A DNA stretch of 64,000 nucleotides from a virus. The stretch lies in IMG/VR virus record IMGVR_UViG_3300046170_000301. The stretch is one strand, 5' to 3'. This document shows positions 10,731-22,252 of the stretch, in pieces. The notes beneath the pieces were generated by a model that saw nothing but the letters and a program-made list of their open reading frames with translations, searched no databases and was not told where the DNA came from. Made by a program: the position numbers and the translations under genes. The number at the start of each line of letters is the position of its first letter. Position 1 is the stretch's first letter.

Positions 10731-11606
10731 TTAAAACTTAATAATATATTCTACTAAAATAAAAGGTGTAACTACTTGATTTAAACTTTTAATATTATCT
10801 TGAACGTCAATATCAAGTTCACTGTATAGTCCATCAACACTTATATCAAATTGATTATACTTATATTGAAATGTAGAAGTATAACTAAAAGGTTTCTCTA
10901 TTCTATGTTTATGCACAGAAAGATTACTTGCATTTAATCCAGAAAATTCAAGTATTGTTCCTGCACCGCTATTTCCAGTAGCTTGACCAGAATCTTTTCC
11001 TTGTCCGCCAATATCGTGATTATAAGTGATGTTTATTTGAGAAGCATTAGTATTATGAGCATGTCCTTGAAAATTAACAATATCTAATGTAACTTCTTCA
11101 AGACTTCTAGGCATGTTCATTTTAGGATTAGACCTCATATCAACAAAAGACCCTTCAGCAGCATTAAAATTACCACCATAATCTACTCTTATTTTATTTC
11201 CAACATTAGATAATACTTCTACTCCAGGACCAACTTTAGTAATATTACTTTGGTCTAGTTTATCACCATTATAAGTTCCAGATGCTAATCCAGGACTTAA
11301 AACTTTAGAACCCAAATCTGGAAGTTGAAATTGTCCTAAAGTTCCCGCATCAGCATCTGGTTCTTGTAATACTTGATTTTCTTTTCTAAATCTAGAATTA
11401 GAACCAACCCCAAGAACTCTTGATAATGCCAAAAATTCACTTGCATTTTTTACACTACCATCACATCTTAAAAACCCCGCTGGCAATGTACTCCTGAATA
11501 AAGGAGAATTTGGGTCATTAGTATTTGCTAACAAGTTAGTAGCATGAATTTGAATAGAGCCAACATATCCACCATATCTGGACCTTTCTTTTGTGTAATT
11601 AGACAT
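10731..11606 (-). CDS. tail-collar domain protein (short tail fibre-like)
   Basis: LPAGFLRCDGS...FQLPDL and C-terminal PFILVEYIIKF. Confidence 0.8.
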   Translation of the reverse strand: MSNYTKERSRYGGYVGSIQIHATNLLANTNDPNSPLFRSTLPAGFLRCDGSVKNASEFLALSRVLGVGSNSRFRKENQVLQEPDADAGTLGQFQLPDLGSKVLSPGLASGTYNGDKLDQSNITKVGPGVEVLSNVGNKIRVDYGGNFNAAEGSFVDMRSNPKMNMPRSLEEVTLDIVNFQGHAHNTNASQINITYNHDIGGQGKDSGQATGNSGAGTILEFSGLNASNLSVHKHRIEKPFSYTSTFQYKYNQFDISVDGLYSELDIDVQDNIKSLNQVVTPFILVEYIIKF

Positions 11607-11607
11607 A

Positions 11608-12876
11608 TTAGTAAGCTCTTATTATATACACAGTGTTTAAAGATGGTTGTACAGTATTAAAGTTAATTTGCAAAGCTCCTTCATTAGAAGCATTATCTAA
11701 ATTAACATTTGTGTTTGGAGCAGTTACAGGAACGTTCAACGATGTTAATGGTCTCATACTAGCAGTGTCAAATTCAACATCAAATAGGTCATGAAAGTGT
11801 GCTTGTATTTGGTCGCTTACTCCTGCAGTTTGCGATGTTGTCAAAAAATTAGTTCCAGGATTACTTAAAAGAGTGCCATAGTTATCATTTACAGATAAAT
11901 CTGGATAATAATTTTTTTGACCCGCAGGGACAGTAACGGTAGAACCAAAAAGACCAACGCCAATTGTATCGCCACCATCAAATCTATTATCATTAATAAA
12001 GCCAGGATTATCCTCACCTTCATCGTTACCATTTGAAGTAATTGGTGTATGAGTGACATTAAATGGAGTCGCATTTACTGGAGGATTTTCGCCTTCAATT
12101 CCAGCAACAACTCTTCCAGCAATTCCATTATCAAACCCACTTCTACCATCTTCTTCATTAATCATTTCCCATTCAAATATCCATTGGTCTTCATCTGGAC
12201 TTCCGCCTGGGGGTTGAGGACTTGGTTGATTTACAGTAGTTTTAAACTCATACGAAATATTATCCCATGGAATAACTCCAAGTCCAGGTCTAGTGCTACT
12301 AGCACCAGATAAAGTTTCAAAAGATCCAGAATGATTATGACTTTTTAAATGGTCTCTTCCAAGTTTTCTTGGTCCTATATAAACAGATTTTGTTGCAAAT
12401 CCAGGTTCAATTACATTACCAGTAATTTTTCCGCTATATCCTGTCGTATCATTCAATTCAAAAACAACATCAGTTAACGCATCGTTAATAATAGTTTCAA
12501 CACCATTATCAGAATGAGTTCCTATTAAAGGTTGAATTAGAGAGGTTGCAGTGCTATCTTCGTCGGCAGAATTTCCAGTTGAACCACTACCAGTCCCAAA
12601 ATATGATGTTTCAATATCCATCAGATTTTTATTATTTAAATTAGGAATAGTTATAGAACCATTATAATTTGGAAAAGAACCGCCGAAATCACTGGTAGCA
12701 CTTTCATTATAAGAATCTCCAATTGATTTTGATAAAAGAGGATAATCTTTTGCAGCCACTGTTCCACCATTACATAAAATCCACCCTTCTGGTATATCAG
12801 ATAATCCACCAGTCCATGGCATAATAGTTCCCATGGCAGCAGCTTTTGCAGTTTTTAATGACTGATAAAAAGCCAT
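11608..12876 (-). CDS. tail-collar domain protein
   Basis: GTIMPWTG...IPEGWILCNG...YPLL; C-terminal QPSLNTVYIIRAY. Confidence 0.85.
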   Translation of the reverse strand: MAFYQSLKTAKAAAMGTIMPWTGGLSDIPEGWILCNGGTVAAKDYPLLSKSIGDSYNESATSDFGGSFPNYNGSITIPNLNNKNLMDIETSYFGTGSGSTGNSADEDSTATSLIQPLIGTHSDNGVETIINDALTDVVFELNDTTGYSGKITGNVIEPGFATKSVYIGPRKLGRDHLKSHNHSGSFETLSGASSTRPGLGVIPWDNISYEFKTTVNQPSPQPPGGSPDEDQWIFEWEMINEEDGRSGFDNGIAGRVVAGIEGENPPVNATPFNVTHTPITSNGNDEGEDNPGFINDNRFDGGDTIGVGLFGSTVTVPAGQKNYYPDLSVNDNYGTLLSNPGTNFLTTSQTAGVSDQIQAHFHDLFDVEFDTASMRPLTSLNVPVTAPNTNVNLDNASNEGALQINFNTVQPSLNTVYIIRAY

Positions 12877-12879
12877 TCA

Positions 12880-15800
12880 TCAAACCTCCATTAGATACCA
12901 ACCAACTTTAGATGTTGGTGTAGCTGTATTATTATCTAGGTCAGATGCAGCAGCATAAACTAGAGTAAATGCAGCTCTTGGCGTTTGAACAACTAATTCA
13001 CCAGCATTAGTGGTATATCCAGCAAGGCTTTCAGTAACTCCAGTCAATAGTTCACTTCCAGTATTTGTATTATCTCCCTGAACAACTGTACTATCAGGAG
13101 CACGAACAATCAAAGTAACAGTATTTGAAAGATTGCCGCCGATATCAATAATGTGAACACTATCTCCCATTTGAGCATTTGATGGAAGTTTCACAAGAGT
13201 ATTTGCAGATGTATCAATAAAGTATCCATGATTTGGTAGTGCAGTAAACCCAGATGAATTGCTATATAACCACTTTCTACCACCGCTACTGCTGAAGAAA
13301 TTATCAACGCCAGCAATCTTGACAGAACCATTATTTGAAACTTTAAAGATTTCATCTCCATCAATATTATCGATTGCAAACTCAGAATCTTTAGCAGTTC
13401 TTCCAGCACCATCTTGGAAGTTAAGTTTCAATCCACCATCAGCTTCAATAGAACCACCAAACTCACTAAGTCCATTTCCTAAAGCAGAGAGTTTTCCATA
13501 TGTAGTAAGGTCACCAGAAGAGTTTACAAGTTTGAATACCTGCGTTGTTCCATCATCTTTATAAACATCAATATTACCACCGTTAATGACTAAGTTTCCT
13601 GTTGTGCTATCAACTTCAAACTTAGTATTAGTTCCATCAGTTATTGTTAGTTTTTGACTGCCAGCAACAACAGAACCATTTAAGGTTATAGAATTTTCCG
13701 TAGTTAAAGTACCAGCAATATTTGTATTTCCAGTGGCACTAGCAACAGTAAACTTATTATATCCAGCACCAACAGAAAGACTTCCTAGAGCTTTAACATT
13801 TCCGGTAATTGATTCTACAACAAATATTTTAACTTCTGGGTCCGCTTCACCATTTGTAATGATTAATGACTGAATATCTGTAGAAATAAGTTCTTCAATA
13901 GAAAGTATCTCACTTCCTCCAATATAAAGATAATCAGAAGTTGTCAGTACTCCACCAAACTCAGCAATACCAATTCTAATGTCAGAAGCATTATTTGGCA
14001 TTCCTGCACTAGGAGTATCAAGTTCGCCATCTTCATCACTGTCAATACCAGTCAAGAAACTAGCATTTGGTTGTCTATCAATCTTAGCAATAACAGTGTC
14101 TTCTGGGTGGTTTGTTTGTTGAGTAGTTCCAAACTGTGCTCTATTTACCTCTAGTGCATAACCGCCAGCGGCGCTGGGGTTTGTTAGATTAATAATCCCA
14201 ACTACTCTAAGAATCTCACTATATTGTTGGTCACGAAGTCCAGTTTGATAACCAGTTTGTCCAACAACTCCAGCAGTATCGGGAGAACTCGCATTTGCTC
14301 TATCTAAAAGAAGCAAATCATCAACTGCAAAATCTGAAACAGAAGATGCACTTATGGGAAGTACATAATTAGCACTAGGAACTGTAACATCAGTTACAGT
14401 AAATTCTACAGCATCTGCTCCCCCGCCACCAAGAGCGGAATCTGGTATTTGTAAAATTTCTGATTCTGCATATCCAGAACCACGTTCTACAATAGAAGAT
14501 ACTGTTACTGCACCAGTTCCATCAACAATAATGTTAAGAAGTAATCCAGTTCCAGCTCCTGCTGCGCCAGAATATGTTGGAGTAACATTTAAGTAAGTTC
14601 CAGCAGTTCTATCCGTATCTGCTGGCGTAGAACTATTTAAAGCAACAATTCCGCCACCAGCAACCTTAAACGAATCTCCACCCCAAAGACCTTGACCACC
14701 AGTGTTAATACTTCTTCCTGTAGAAATATATTTAAATACGTCGATATTTTGATTTGCTAAACTACCAACAGGATGTGCAGATTCATCCGTAGAGAACCTT
14801 GCTCTCTTAACCTTAACAATACCAGCGTTAAGACCACCGATTAATTTAATATTTGAATCAACAATCAAAGATGATTGAACTCTAAGAGCATTTCTAATAG
14901 TAGTAAATCCACCAAGTCCACCAAGTTTCAAATCAGGACAAGAAGTTGCAAGAGAAACATTCGTATTGAGGTCACTGGAGAACATTTCAATTTCCCCAAC
15001 TCTTGTTCTTATTCTGGCGGGATTTCCAGTGCTTCCCTCAGAATAATAATTGCCAATAGTTAGTTCGCCATCAAAAATAACATTTTTAGTTCTAAATTTA
15101 ATTTGACTTGTATTTCCAGAACCACCAGCAGAAAAAGCACCACCAATTTCAATATCACAACTATTTGTTTCGGAATCTGGTACTGTGGCAAGTTTTACTT
15201 CTGCTCTGGTAGAAGCATTATGAATTAAAAGTTTAGACCTAGTAGTTACAGCAGAACCAATGTATACATCTTGAGTATCCGCTTTTGTTCCAATTTCTAG
15301 TAGTTGACTACCAGTATTTTTAGAAAATGCTTTTACGAGTTGTGCGTCACCAGCAAAGTTCAAATTCTTTACATTATCTTGTAATAAATTAAATGTTTCG
15401 GCAGTACTATTAATGTCACCACCATCAACACTTAAATCTTCTTCTACAAGAATATTTCCAGTAAATCTAGAATCTCCAATAACAACAAAGTTTCTATCAA
15501 GACCTAATGTAGGACTTCCTAGCTTTGTATTAATACCTACTCTACCACCAGTTACATAAGTAGAACCTTGGTCACCAGATGCAAGGTCTGTTGTAGACAC
15601 CCTTAAAGTAGCTTCGTCATTTGGCGTGTCGCTATCACCACCAACAATTAGAGCATTATCTTGAGCGGTTTCTGTTTTGGTAATTCCAGATTCAGTAAGA
15701 TAAGAAAGTATTTTCTTACCACTAATAAATGTATTACCAACAACATCTAGATTCGCTCTTGGTTCTGTAGCACTACTTACAAAAGCGGTTAGATAATCTG

Positions 15801-18800
15801 CATGAATAGTTCTAGCAACAGTATTAATACCAACTTTGTATTCACCAATACTTTGAGTATCAGTTCTTATTGCTTCAGCACCAAGAACGCCAACTTCTTT
15901 CCATACAGAGTTTCCAATTTCTAATAGATTTGTAGTTCCCCAAGTAAAGGTATTCGCTGGAACTGTTGTTCCAATTTCAAATGCAACTTCAGTATCAGTA
16001 GAGTCAAAAGAATCTGCATCAACATCCCAAGTTCCATTAATAGCAGCAACAGAGAATCCAGAAATCCTTATTTTTGAAGATTCATTTACACCAATGGCAG
16101 CATTAGTAGCAGTTCCTGCCCATTTAATAACAATCTTATTTGTTCCATCTGATACAATTTCATCTACAGCATCACTTTCATCAGTAAATGTGCTAGCAAA
16201 AATCCATCCAAGTGAACCAGAACCACCAACATCAGAACCTTTTAATAAAACATCTCCAGGACTTGGAGCAGAACTTCCATAGGAAACTAACTGAGCAGCA
16301 CCGAATCTAGACGAAGCACTATCTTGTGCATTGGTCTGGGAATTTTGATTTGGTGTAATATTTGATGGTCTTCCAGCTGCAAAATGAGTTCTAAAAGTAT
16401 AACCTTGACCAAATAAACCAACTTCACTTCTTGGTGTTATTTGATAAACAGCAGAATTAATTCTGTTTTTACCAATTTTAATATCACCGTCTTCAAATGG
16501 TCTGAACTTAGACCTATCAAGAGTTCCATCTTCTCCTACAGTTTCATCAACTCTGCTGGAAATTCTTAGTGGAGTTCCTTCATCTGGTGCAGTATTGATA
16601 AACACTGGGTCATTAAATGTCGCTTCTCCATTAACAGTAATTTTATCATTAAATGTTACTGGATTATCAAATGTTGTTACAAGAGCACCGCCCAAATCGT
16701 CATCTTCATCAGAAGAATCTAGAAGAACTGCTCTTTCTAGGAATGTTTCTTCACCTGTAATAGCATTAATCTTACGATTACCAATATAAAGGTCACCGTT
16801 AGAGTTTAGACCAGTGTAGAAAACGATACCACCATCTTCTTTCTTAGACTGAGCATAGAAATCTTGAAGGTCTGAAAGAATGACCTCTTGGCGAAGTGGG
16901 AAACCAGTTGAGTAGTTACCAGGACCGAAACCAAGATATTCAAATGTGTGGTTACCAGAACGAGCAATAGAAGGACGACGTAGTTCTACATATACTTTAT
17001 CTTCTAATGGATATACAGTATCACCTTTAATAGGAATCAATCTATCTTCAGAACCAGAAGTTGCATTACCTTGCTGTGCTCTGATTCTGTTATCAATATT
17101 ATTAGTATTTGTATACTCAGCACCTTCAAATGCTGGAGTTTCAAGCAAATCTAGAACGACTTCTTTTGTTTCACTGTTCTTGGCATCATTTGTTCTTACC
17201 AATCCATGAACATAGTTATCAGCAGCACAAATAGTTGCTGGTGGGTCATTATTTTCTACATCTAACTGCTTATACCACAGTGGGTCGTTTTTGTAGTTTA
17301 GAGGATATAACTGAGAGATTGGTTGCGAGAACTTAAAGTTTCTAAAGTTTGTCCCAACACCAGCACCAGTTGGATATGGAGAAATATTTCCTCTAACACA
17401 TGACAGATAGTAAATACCATCTTGCTGTTTTGGAATTCTTTCTTGAATCTCATCAATATCAAAGATATAGAAAGTATCTTCGATTTCTCCAGCATCTTCT
17501 ACACCAGAAATAACATAAACATTATTTGCGTCATCAGTAATCTCATCTCCAGGAACTAAAGTATATGCATTAGCACCAGCGACTCTGTAAAGATAATCTT
17601 GACGATTTGACTTGCTCTTTCCATCTGGGTCGCCAACACTATCAGGTGCCGCCTTCAGTAATGTAAATGTTGCTCCTTGTTCAAACTTTGTCTGAATAAG
17701 TGGATTATATTCAATAGTTCCAGTAATTCTCTTTAGAATTAGAAAATATCTAGTGCCATAAGAAAGGAAAGCATGGGCATATGCAGTTCCAGAGCAATTT
17801 CCACTCCAACTTACTTCACTAGTAACATCAAATGTAAAGTCTTTTGTTGTAAAAGAACCACCTTGAGGACCTTCAACCTCTACTACAGTTAGATTTTCAT
17901 TTCTAATTTGCTGATTGGTAATACCATAATCAAAAACAATCATTTCTAGATTGTCATCATCATTTTTCTTAGCAGCTTGAATATCAAACGCAATTCTACT
18001 CTTGGTTTGATTACTAGAAACTGTTTTTGGTGAGAAATATGGGTCATATGATGGAACAATATTAAGTCCATCATATTCAGATTTAGTAAGTCCTAGTTGT
18101 TCATTTGCTTGGTCTGGGTCTGGATTATAAAAGATGGCAGTATCTGGTGTCTGGTCATCCTTTGGAACTAAAACAATCTTTTGTGGTAGAAGTCTTCTAG
18201 TATCATCAGTTCTTAGTTTGACAACAAATCCATTTAGAGGGTCTCTTACTGTCTCAAGATACTGTGGAATGACATAACGTAATCTGTATACTCTATCTGT
18301 TGGTTCTCTGTTATCAATAACTCTTTCAAACCAAGTATCATTTGTTCTGATTTTTCCACTATCATCATCATAATCACCAATAGGATTCTGTAGTCTCTTG
18401 ATGATATTTTCAGTATTTGTTGCAGTATCGTCAACTACCTGCAAATACCACAAACCACTATCATTTTCAGTGCTTGTTTTTGTGGCATCAAATCTTAGAG
18501 GACTGTTTCTCTTATCCGCAAAAACATAGAAATTATTTCCAGTTCCAGAAACAAAGTTTAATGCTCTAATATTTGATACAGCATCAGTAAATGATTCGTG
18601 AACAGTAAACTTGTTACTATCAACATATCTCGCATAGAAATAAGTGTTAGTATCAACAGTTCCAGAAGCAGTTTGAGGTAATGAATTAGTATCTCCCCTA
18701 AAGAAAATTAGATGTGGAGTAACTCCAGAAGCAGGAACATCAAAAATATGAGCAACACTTGTAGTAACTTCTGTTCCTGAAGCATTACAAATATACTCAT

Positions 18801-21800
18801 GTAAATCATACGAATCATCAAGAACAAACTTTTGAATTTGAATCTCTACATCTGGGTCAATAGAATCTGTTTCTGGCGAGTAAATGTAAATACCAGCGGC
18901 AGCATTTTCTTTACTGCTTGCAAGCATGAACTTAGTTTGGTCAGAACCATCAAATACGCTATTTTCGCTATAATCCTCTGGATAGGTCTTTCTTCCAGGA
19001 GCAATTACATAATATTTCTGATTTGTCTCAAATCCATCTGGTAATCTAATAACTCTCTTATCAGGATTTGTTCCATCTTTCGCTTTTGGAACTAATCTAA
19101 GTGGTGTTCCAGTTTCAAAGTTATGTGGATTACCACCAGCAATAGTAAATACAGTTGCTCTTGAGGCAAGATTTTCAACATCAAGTTCTGGTTCTACTCT
19201 AGTAACCCCATTTCCAGTCAATCCAGTAGAAAGAATAACATTAATGTCATCAAAATAATCACTAATAATTCCTGCTACATCATCACATTCTGGGTATCCA
19301 GTATCTTGAATAATAGAATCATCTTTTTGAGGGTTTTCAACCGCCCAAATTGGGTCTTGAAAATCAAAATACAAAAATGCGTTGGTCTTATTTGAATTTG
19401 CAGTTACTTCAATTCCATCATCAAGATACGAACCAGTTTCGCCTAATATAATTGTAGTGTCGTCTTTAATTTCTTTAATATATGTTCCAGAAGGAATAGC
19501 AGAAGTAATTTGTGTGGAAATATCTTTTAACTTACCATCTTCAAAATCTACTTCCGCATATTCACCAACTCTCATTCCGACAACAAGACCAACAGTGCTG
19601 CCAACATTCACTTCAGCACTACCGTTTGTAATTGTGCAATTTCTAATCAGATAATCATAGTTACGCATTGCAGCGATACAATGATTTCTAGTATATTCAA
19701 GAGCTTCTAAAGTTTCTGATAACTCCCCAGAAATATAAGTTAACTGTCCACCAACATAATATGACTCTGCCGCTTGAATGGTGTTAATATTACCACCAAG
19801 TCTCAAGTCTTTTACAACTGCATCAACATAATATCCGACATCTCTTTTGCATTTTTCGATGTTTATTGTCGTTTTATTTAAAAGACCTGGGTATTTTCTT
19901 GTAATATATTCATATACTTCACTTTGAATCAAAGTTTTATTGTCTTCAATTCTGTTCGCAGCATCTTGTCTCTTTCCATAAGCAGAGTCATTTTCAATTT
20001 CTGGTGGATTGAGAATATCAAGAGAAACAGTGTTTACTTCAAATCCAGATGGTTTTAATGTGCAATTAAATCTTTCTGTTCCGCCAGCAGTTGCTGGGTC
20101 TAATTTTACAAATAATTTCTCATCAGATCTAGCACCAATTCTATATCCTTGTAGTGTCGCTGCTGGTCTTGTGAATGGACTGGTTAAATCATCTCCAGCA
20201 AGATATAGTTTTGTCTTATTACCAGAATCATTTGTTTGTAAAATGTCAATGGTATAATATGGAACTTTTTCGGAATTTGTTGATTCTGAGAAAGCATCAG
20301 TTGCATATCCACCAGTAACTTCTCTCGGTGGAATAATATGAGTTAAATATCCTCCTTTATCTTGATTGAAAGAATATCCTTTATGTCCAATAGCATGAAG
20401 TGAAGTATTACCAAAGTTAGAGTTGGAGTTGGTGATAGACATATCACCACCAGACTCCATCAAGAAGTGGTCAAAGAATCCAACAGCAAAGACCGAAACG
20501 CACTGAATAAACGCATCTTCAGAAGCACGAATGTGGAAGTTTCTCCAGTCATCCTTCCAATATGCATCACCTTTTGTGTGATATGGAACTGTAGCAAATG
20601 CATCAGTTAGAGATGCTTCATTCCAAGTGTTGGTGAATCTATCGTAACGAATAAATGCTCTATCGTCTTTTTGTAGAGAAACACCAGTATACTGGGCAAC
20701 AACCATGGATTTAAATCCAGTTGCTTTTGCACCATTCGCCCACATACCACACTGACCCCAGGTGGAACGGATTGAGCAGTTAAAGACATATGGTGAAGCA
20801 GATTCTACAGAGTCAATTTCTGCTTGTGCTACAGCATTAGTATCAAGACCATTTGCAGTGCTATAAACTTGATTATTAACAAGACCAAATGCACCTGGAA
20901 CTTTATTGTCAATTTGATAAGTAAACACTTTCGGGTTTAGATTACTAATAGATGTAATCTTAAATGTTCCGTTCAGTTCTTCATCTAGTCCAGTATTAAG
21001 AACCGCAACATACTGACCAGCGAAATATCCGTGATTGATTTTTGTTGTTACTTCAAATGTAGTTCCATCAGTTGTTTCTGTTGTTTTAATACTTTCAATA
21101 ACTCTGGTATCTGAAAGTGGCCCAACAATTCTGTTTTCTTGAACAAGTGCTTCAAACTCCCCATCATCAATAGTTGGTTGATACTTAGAGAATGAAAGAC
21201 CAACTTTTGTATAGTAATCATCAAGTTCTGAGTTATCTGCATATTCCATGATGCAGATTTTGTGGTGAGAATACTCAGGAATTGATAATGTTGTTGTATT
21301 ACCTGCTTGGAAATATACTTTACCTACATTATCATTTTCATCAAATAATGGCGAATTAGCAGATAAATCTCCATCTTTAATTGTAAACTGCCAAAGATAG
21401 CAACCACCAGTTAGATTAAAGATAGAAGTTCTTCCTTGATTACCATCTGCTGGGTCTGGAACATACAGTGGTCTTACAATAGTTCTACGAAGGTCATATC
21501 CAACAAGTGAACAACCTCTAGGAACAATAGCGCCACCAGTAGTAGCGTTATACTTATAAAGAACGTTATTTGGGTTTGAAAGGTCTAAAATAGACTCATC
21601 TTCCCATTCACCAGTAGATTGGTTGAAATTAAAAATGGGAAGGTCTGATAAAGTTTGTGGGTCTTCTGTTGCTGTGTAATTTACTAGACCAGGGCGGTTA
21701 TCAATGTAGTGGTCACCAGGCATCAACATGATGCTAAACTGGTCAAATCTATCGTTATTTCTTCCAGGAAGATATGAATACCTTGCTACTTCAATGAAGG

Positions 21801-21942
21801 CTCTTTGAATTGTCTTAAATGGTCTTAGAGGTGAATTACCTCTATTGTCTAAAGCGTCAGTAGCGTTAAAATCGTCTGGAGAAACATATAGATATTTTCC
21901 CGTTTTACTTGAATATAGATTATCAAGTCTAGTAAGAGCCAT
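12880..21942 (-). CDS. giant virion structural / tail-fibre-like protein (3020 aa)
   Basis: N-terminal LYVSP...GNSPLRPFKTIQRA; SITNSNSNFG and HTFEYLGFGPGNY motifs of cyanomyophage fibres; T4 late promoter upstream. Confidence 0.8.
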   Translation of the reverse strand: MALTRLDNLYSSKTGKYLYVSPDDFNATDALDNRGNSPLRPFKTIQRAFIEVARYSYLPGRNNDRFDQFSIMLMPGDHYIDNRPGLVNYTATEDPQTLSDLPIFNFNQSTGEWEDESILDLSNPNNVLYKYNATTGGAIVPRGCSLVGYDLRRTIVRPLYVPDPADGNQGRTSIFNLTGGCYLWQFTIKDGDLSANSPLFDENDNVGKVYFQAGNTTTLSIPEYSHHKICIMEYADNSELDDYYTKVGLSFSKYQPTIDDGEFEALVQENRIVGPLSDTRVIESIKTTETTDGTTFEVTTKINHGYFAGQYVAVLNTGLDEELNGTFKITSISNLNPKVFTYQIDNKVPGAFGLVNNQVYSTANGLDTNAVAQAEIDSVESASPYVFNCSIRSTWGQCGMWANGAKATGFKSMVVAQYTGVSLQKDDRAFIRYDRFTNTWNEASLTDAFATVPYHTKGDAYWKDDWRNFHIRASEDAFIQCVSVFAVGFFDHFLMESGGDMSITNSNSNFGNTSLHAIGHKGYSFNQDKGGYLTHIIPPREVTGGYATDAFSESTNSEKVPYYTIDILQTNDSGNKTKLYLAGDDLTSPFTRPAATLQGYRIGARSDEKLFVKLDPATAGGTERFNCTLKPSGFEVNTVSLDILNPPEIENDSAYGKRQDAANRIEDNKTLIQSEVYEYITRKYPGLLNKTTINIEKCKRDVGYYVDAVVKDLRLGGNINTIQAAESYYVGGQLTYISGELSETLEALEYTRNHCIAAMRNYDYLIRNCTITNGSAEVNVGSTVGLVVGMRVGEYAEVDFEDGKLKDISTQITSAIPSGTYIKEIKDDTTIILGETGSYLDDGIEVTANSNKTNAFLYFDFQDPIWAVENPQKDDSIIQDTGYPECDDVAGIISDYFDDINVILSTGLTGNGVTRVEPELDVENLASRATVFTIAGGNPHNFETGTPLRLVPKAKDGTNPDKRVIRLPDGFETNQKYYVIAPGRKTYPEDYSENSVFDGSDQTKFMLASSKENAAAGIYIYSPETDSIDPDVEIQIQKFVLDDSYDLHEYICNASGTEVTTSVAHIFDVPASGVTPHLIFFRGDTNSLPQTASGTVDTNTYFYARYVDSNKFTVHESFTDAVSNIRALNFVSGTGNNFYVFADKRNSPLRFDATKTSTENDSGLWYLQVVDDTATNTENIIKRLQNPIGDYDDDSGKIRTNDTWFERVIDNREPTDRVYRLRYVIPQYLETVRDPLNGFVVKLRTDDTRRLLPQKIVLVPKDDQTPDTAIFYNPDPDQANEQLGLTKSEYDGLNIVPSYDPYFSPKTVSSNQTKSRIAFDIQAAKKNDDDNLEMIVFDYGITNQQIRNENLTVVEVEGPQGGSFTTKDFTFDVTSEVSWSGNCSGTAYAHAFLSYGTRYFLILKRITGTIEYNPLIQTKFEQGATFTLLKAAPDSVGDPDGKSKSNRQDYLYRVAGANAYTLVPGDEITDDANNVYVISGVEDAGEIEDTFYIFDIDEIQERIPKQQDGIYYLSCVRGNISPYPTGAGVGTNFRNFKFSQPISQLYPLNYKNDPLWYKQLDVENNDPPATICAADNYVHGLVRTNDAKNSETKEVVLDLLETPAFEGAEYTNTNNIDNRIRAQQGNATSGSEDRLIPIKGDTVYPLEDKVYVELRRPSIARSGNHTFEYLGFGPGNYSTGFPLRQEVILSDLQDFYAQSKKEDGGIVFYTGLNSNGDLYIGNRKINAITGEETFLERAVLLDSSDEDDDLGGALVTTFDNPVTFNDKITVNGEATFNDPVFINTAPDEGTPLRISSRVDETVGEDGTLDRSKFRPFEDGDIKIGKNRINSAVYQITPRSEVGLFGQGYTFRTHFAAGRPSNITPNQNSQTNAQDSASSRFGAAQLVSYGSSAPSPGDVLLKGSDVGGSGSLGWIFASTFTDESDAVDEIVSDGTNKIVIKWAGTATNAAIGVNESSKIRISGFSVAAINGTWDVDADSFDSTDTEVAFEIGTTVPANTFTWGTTNLLEIGNSVWKEVGVLGAEAIRTDTQSIGEYKVGINTVARTIHADYLTAFVSSATEPRANLDVVGNTFISGKKILSYLTESGITKTETAQDNALIVGGDSDTPNDEATLRVSTTDLASGDQGSTYVTGGRVGINTKLGSPTLGLDRNFVVIGDSRFTGNILVEEDLSVDGGDINSTAETFNLLQDNVKNLNFAGDAQLVKAFSKNTGSQLLEIGTKADTQDVYIGSAVTTRSKLLIHNASTRAEVKLATVPDSETNSCDIEIGGAFSAGGSGNTSQIKFRTKNVIFDGELTIGNYYSEGSTGNPARIRTRVGEIEMFSSDLNTNVSLATSCPDLKLGGLGGFTTIRNALRVQSSLIVDSNIKLIGGLNAGIVKVKRARFSTDESAHPVGSLANQNIDVFKYISTGRSINTGGQGLWGGDSFKVAGGGIVALNSSTPADTDRTAGTYLNVTPTYSGAAGAGTGLLLNIIVDGTGAVTVSSIVERGSGYAESEILQIPDSALGGGGADAVEFTVTDVTVPSANYVLPISASSVSDFAVDDLLLLDRANASSPDTAGVVGQTGYQTGLRDQQYSEILRVVGIINLTNPSAAGGYALEVNRAQFGTTQQTNHPEDTVIAKIDRQPNASFLTGIDSDEDGELDTPSAGMPNNASDIRIGIAEFGGVLTTSDYLYIGGSEILSIEELISTDIQSLIITNGEADPEVKIFVVESITGNVKALGSLSVGAGYNKFTVASATGNTNIAGTLTTENSITLNGSVVAGSQKLTITDGTNTKFEVDSTTGNLVINGGNIDVYKDDGTTQVFKLVNSSGDLTTYGKLSALGNGLSEFGGSIEADGGLKLNFQDGAGRTAKDSEFAIDNIDGDEIFKVSNNGSVKIAGVDNFFSSSGGRKWLYSNSSGFTALPNHGYFIDTSANTLVKLPSNAQMGDSVHIIDIGGNLSNTVTLIVRAPDSTVVQGDNTNTGSELLTGVTESLAGYTTNAGELVVQTPRAAFTLVYAAASDLDNNTATPTSKVGWYLMEV

Positions 21943-21983
21943 AATTATTCAAACCCTGGTGTGATTGCTTTTTCTCTTCATTG

Positions 21984-21991
21984 TATTTATA
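21984..21991 (-). promoter_or_regulatory. T4-type late (gp55) promoter
   Basis: exact TATAAATA about 40 nt upstream of the 3020-aa gene. Confidence 0.8.
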
Positions 21992-21995
21992 CAAT

Positions 21996-22020
21996 AAAAC
22001 CCCCCTTGACGGGAGGTTTT
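21996..22020 (-). terminator. intrinsic terminator
   Basis: AAAACCTCCC-GTCAA-GGGGGGTTTT hairpin just before the late promoter. Confidence 0.6.
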
Positions 22021-22024
22021 AAAG

Positions 22025-22093
22025 TTAACCAGTTCTTTTTTTAGAACCCCAAGTTGGCGTTTGTGTATGGCAGTTAGGACATAGAAATCTTAT
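22025..22093 (-). pseudogene. HNH endonuclease C-terminal remnant
   Basis: IRFLCPNCHTQTPTWGSKKRTG* with no start codon; LCPNCH is the terminal zinc/HNH motif. Confidence 0.7.
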
Positions 22094-22095
22094 AA

Positions 22096-22245
22096 TCAAA
22101 ACCGTTCTGCTTGAATTTTCACCCAATTAAGTAAAGCGTAATATTGAGCACACTCTTCAGCATCATCTTGTGGGTCAAGATTGTCCAAATGTGTTTGAAT
22201 TGCCTTAACAACTAAAGTATGGTCCTGAAAAGATAATAATGTCAT
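22096..22245 (-). CDS. small hypothetical protein (49 aa)
   Basis: MTLLSFQDHTLVVKAIQTHLDNLDPQDDAEECAQYYALLNWVKIQAERF*; GAGG-like RBS upstream. Confidence 0.6.
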   Translation of the reverse strand: MTLLSFQDHTLVVKAIQTHLDNLDPQDDAEECAQYYALLNWVKIQAERF

Positions 22246-22252
22246 TTTTTTA

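Noticed and set aside
22006-22035. Plus-strand TTGACG in a hairpin loop as another promoter
   Set aside because: No -10 box at 16-18 bp spacing and no plus-strand gene downstream.
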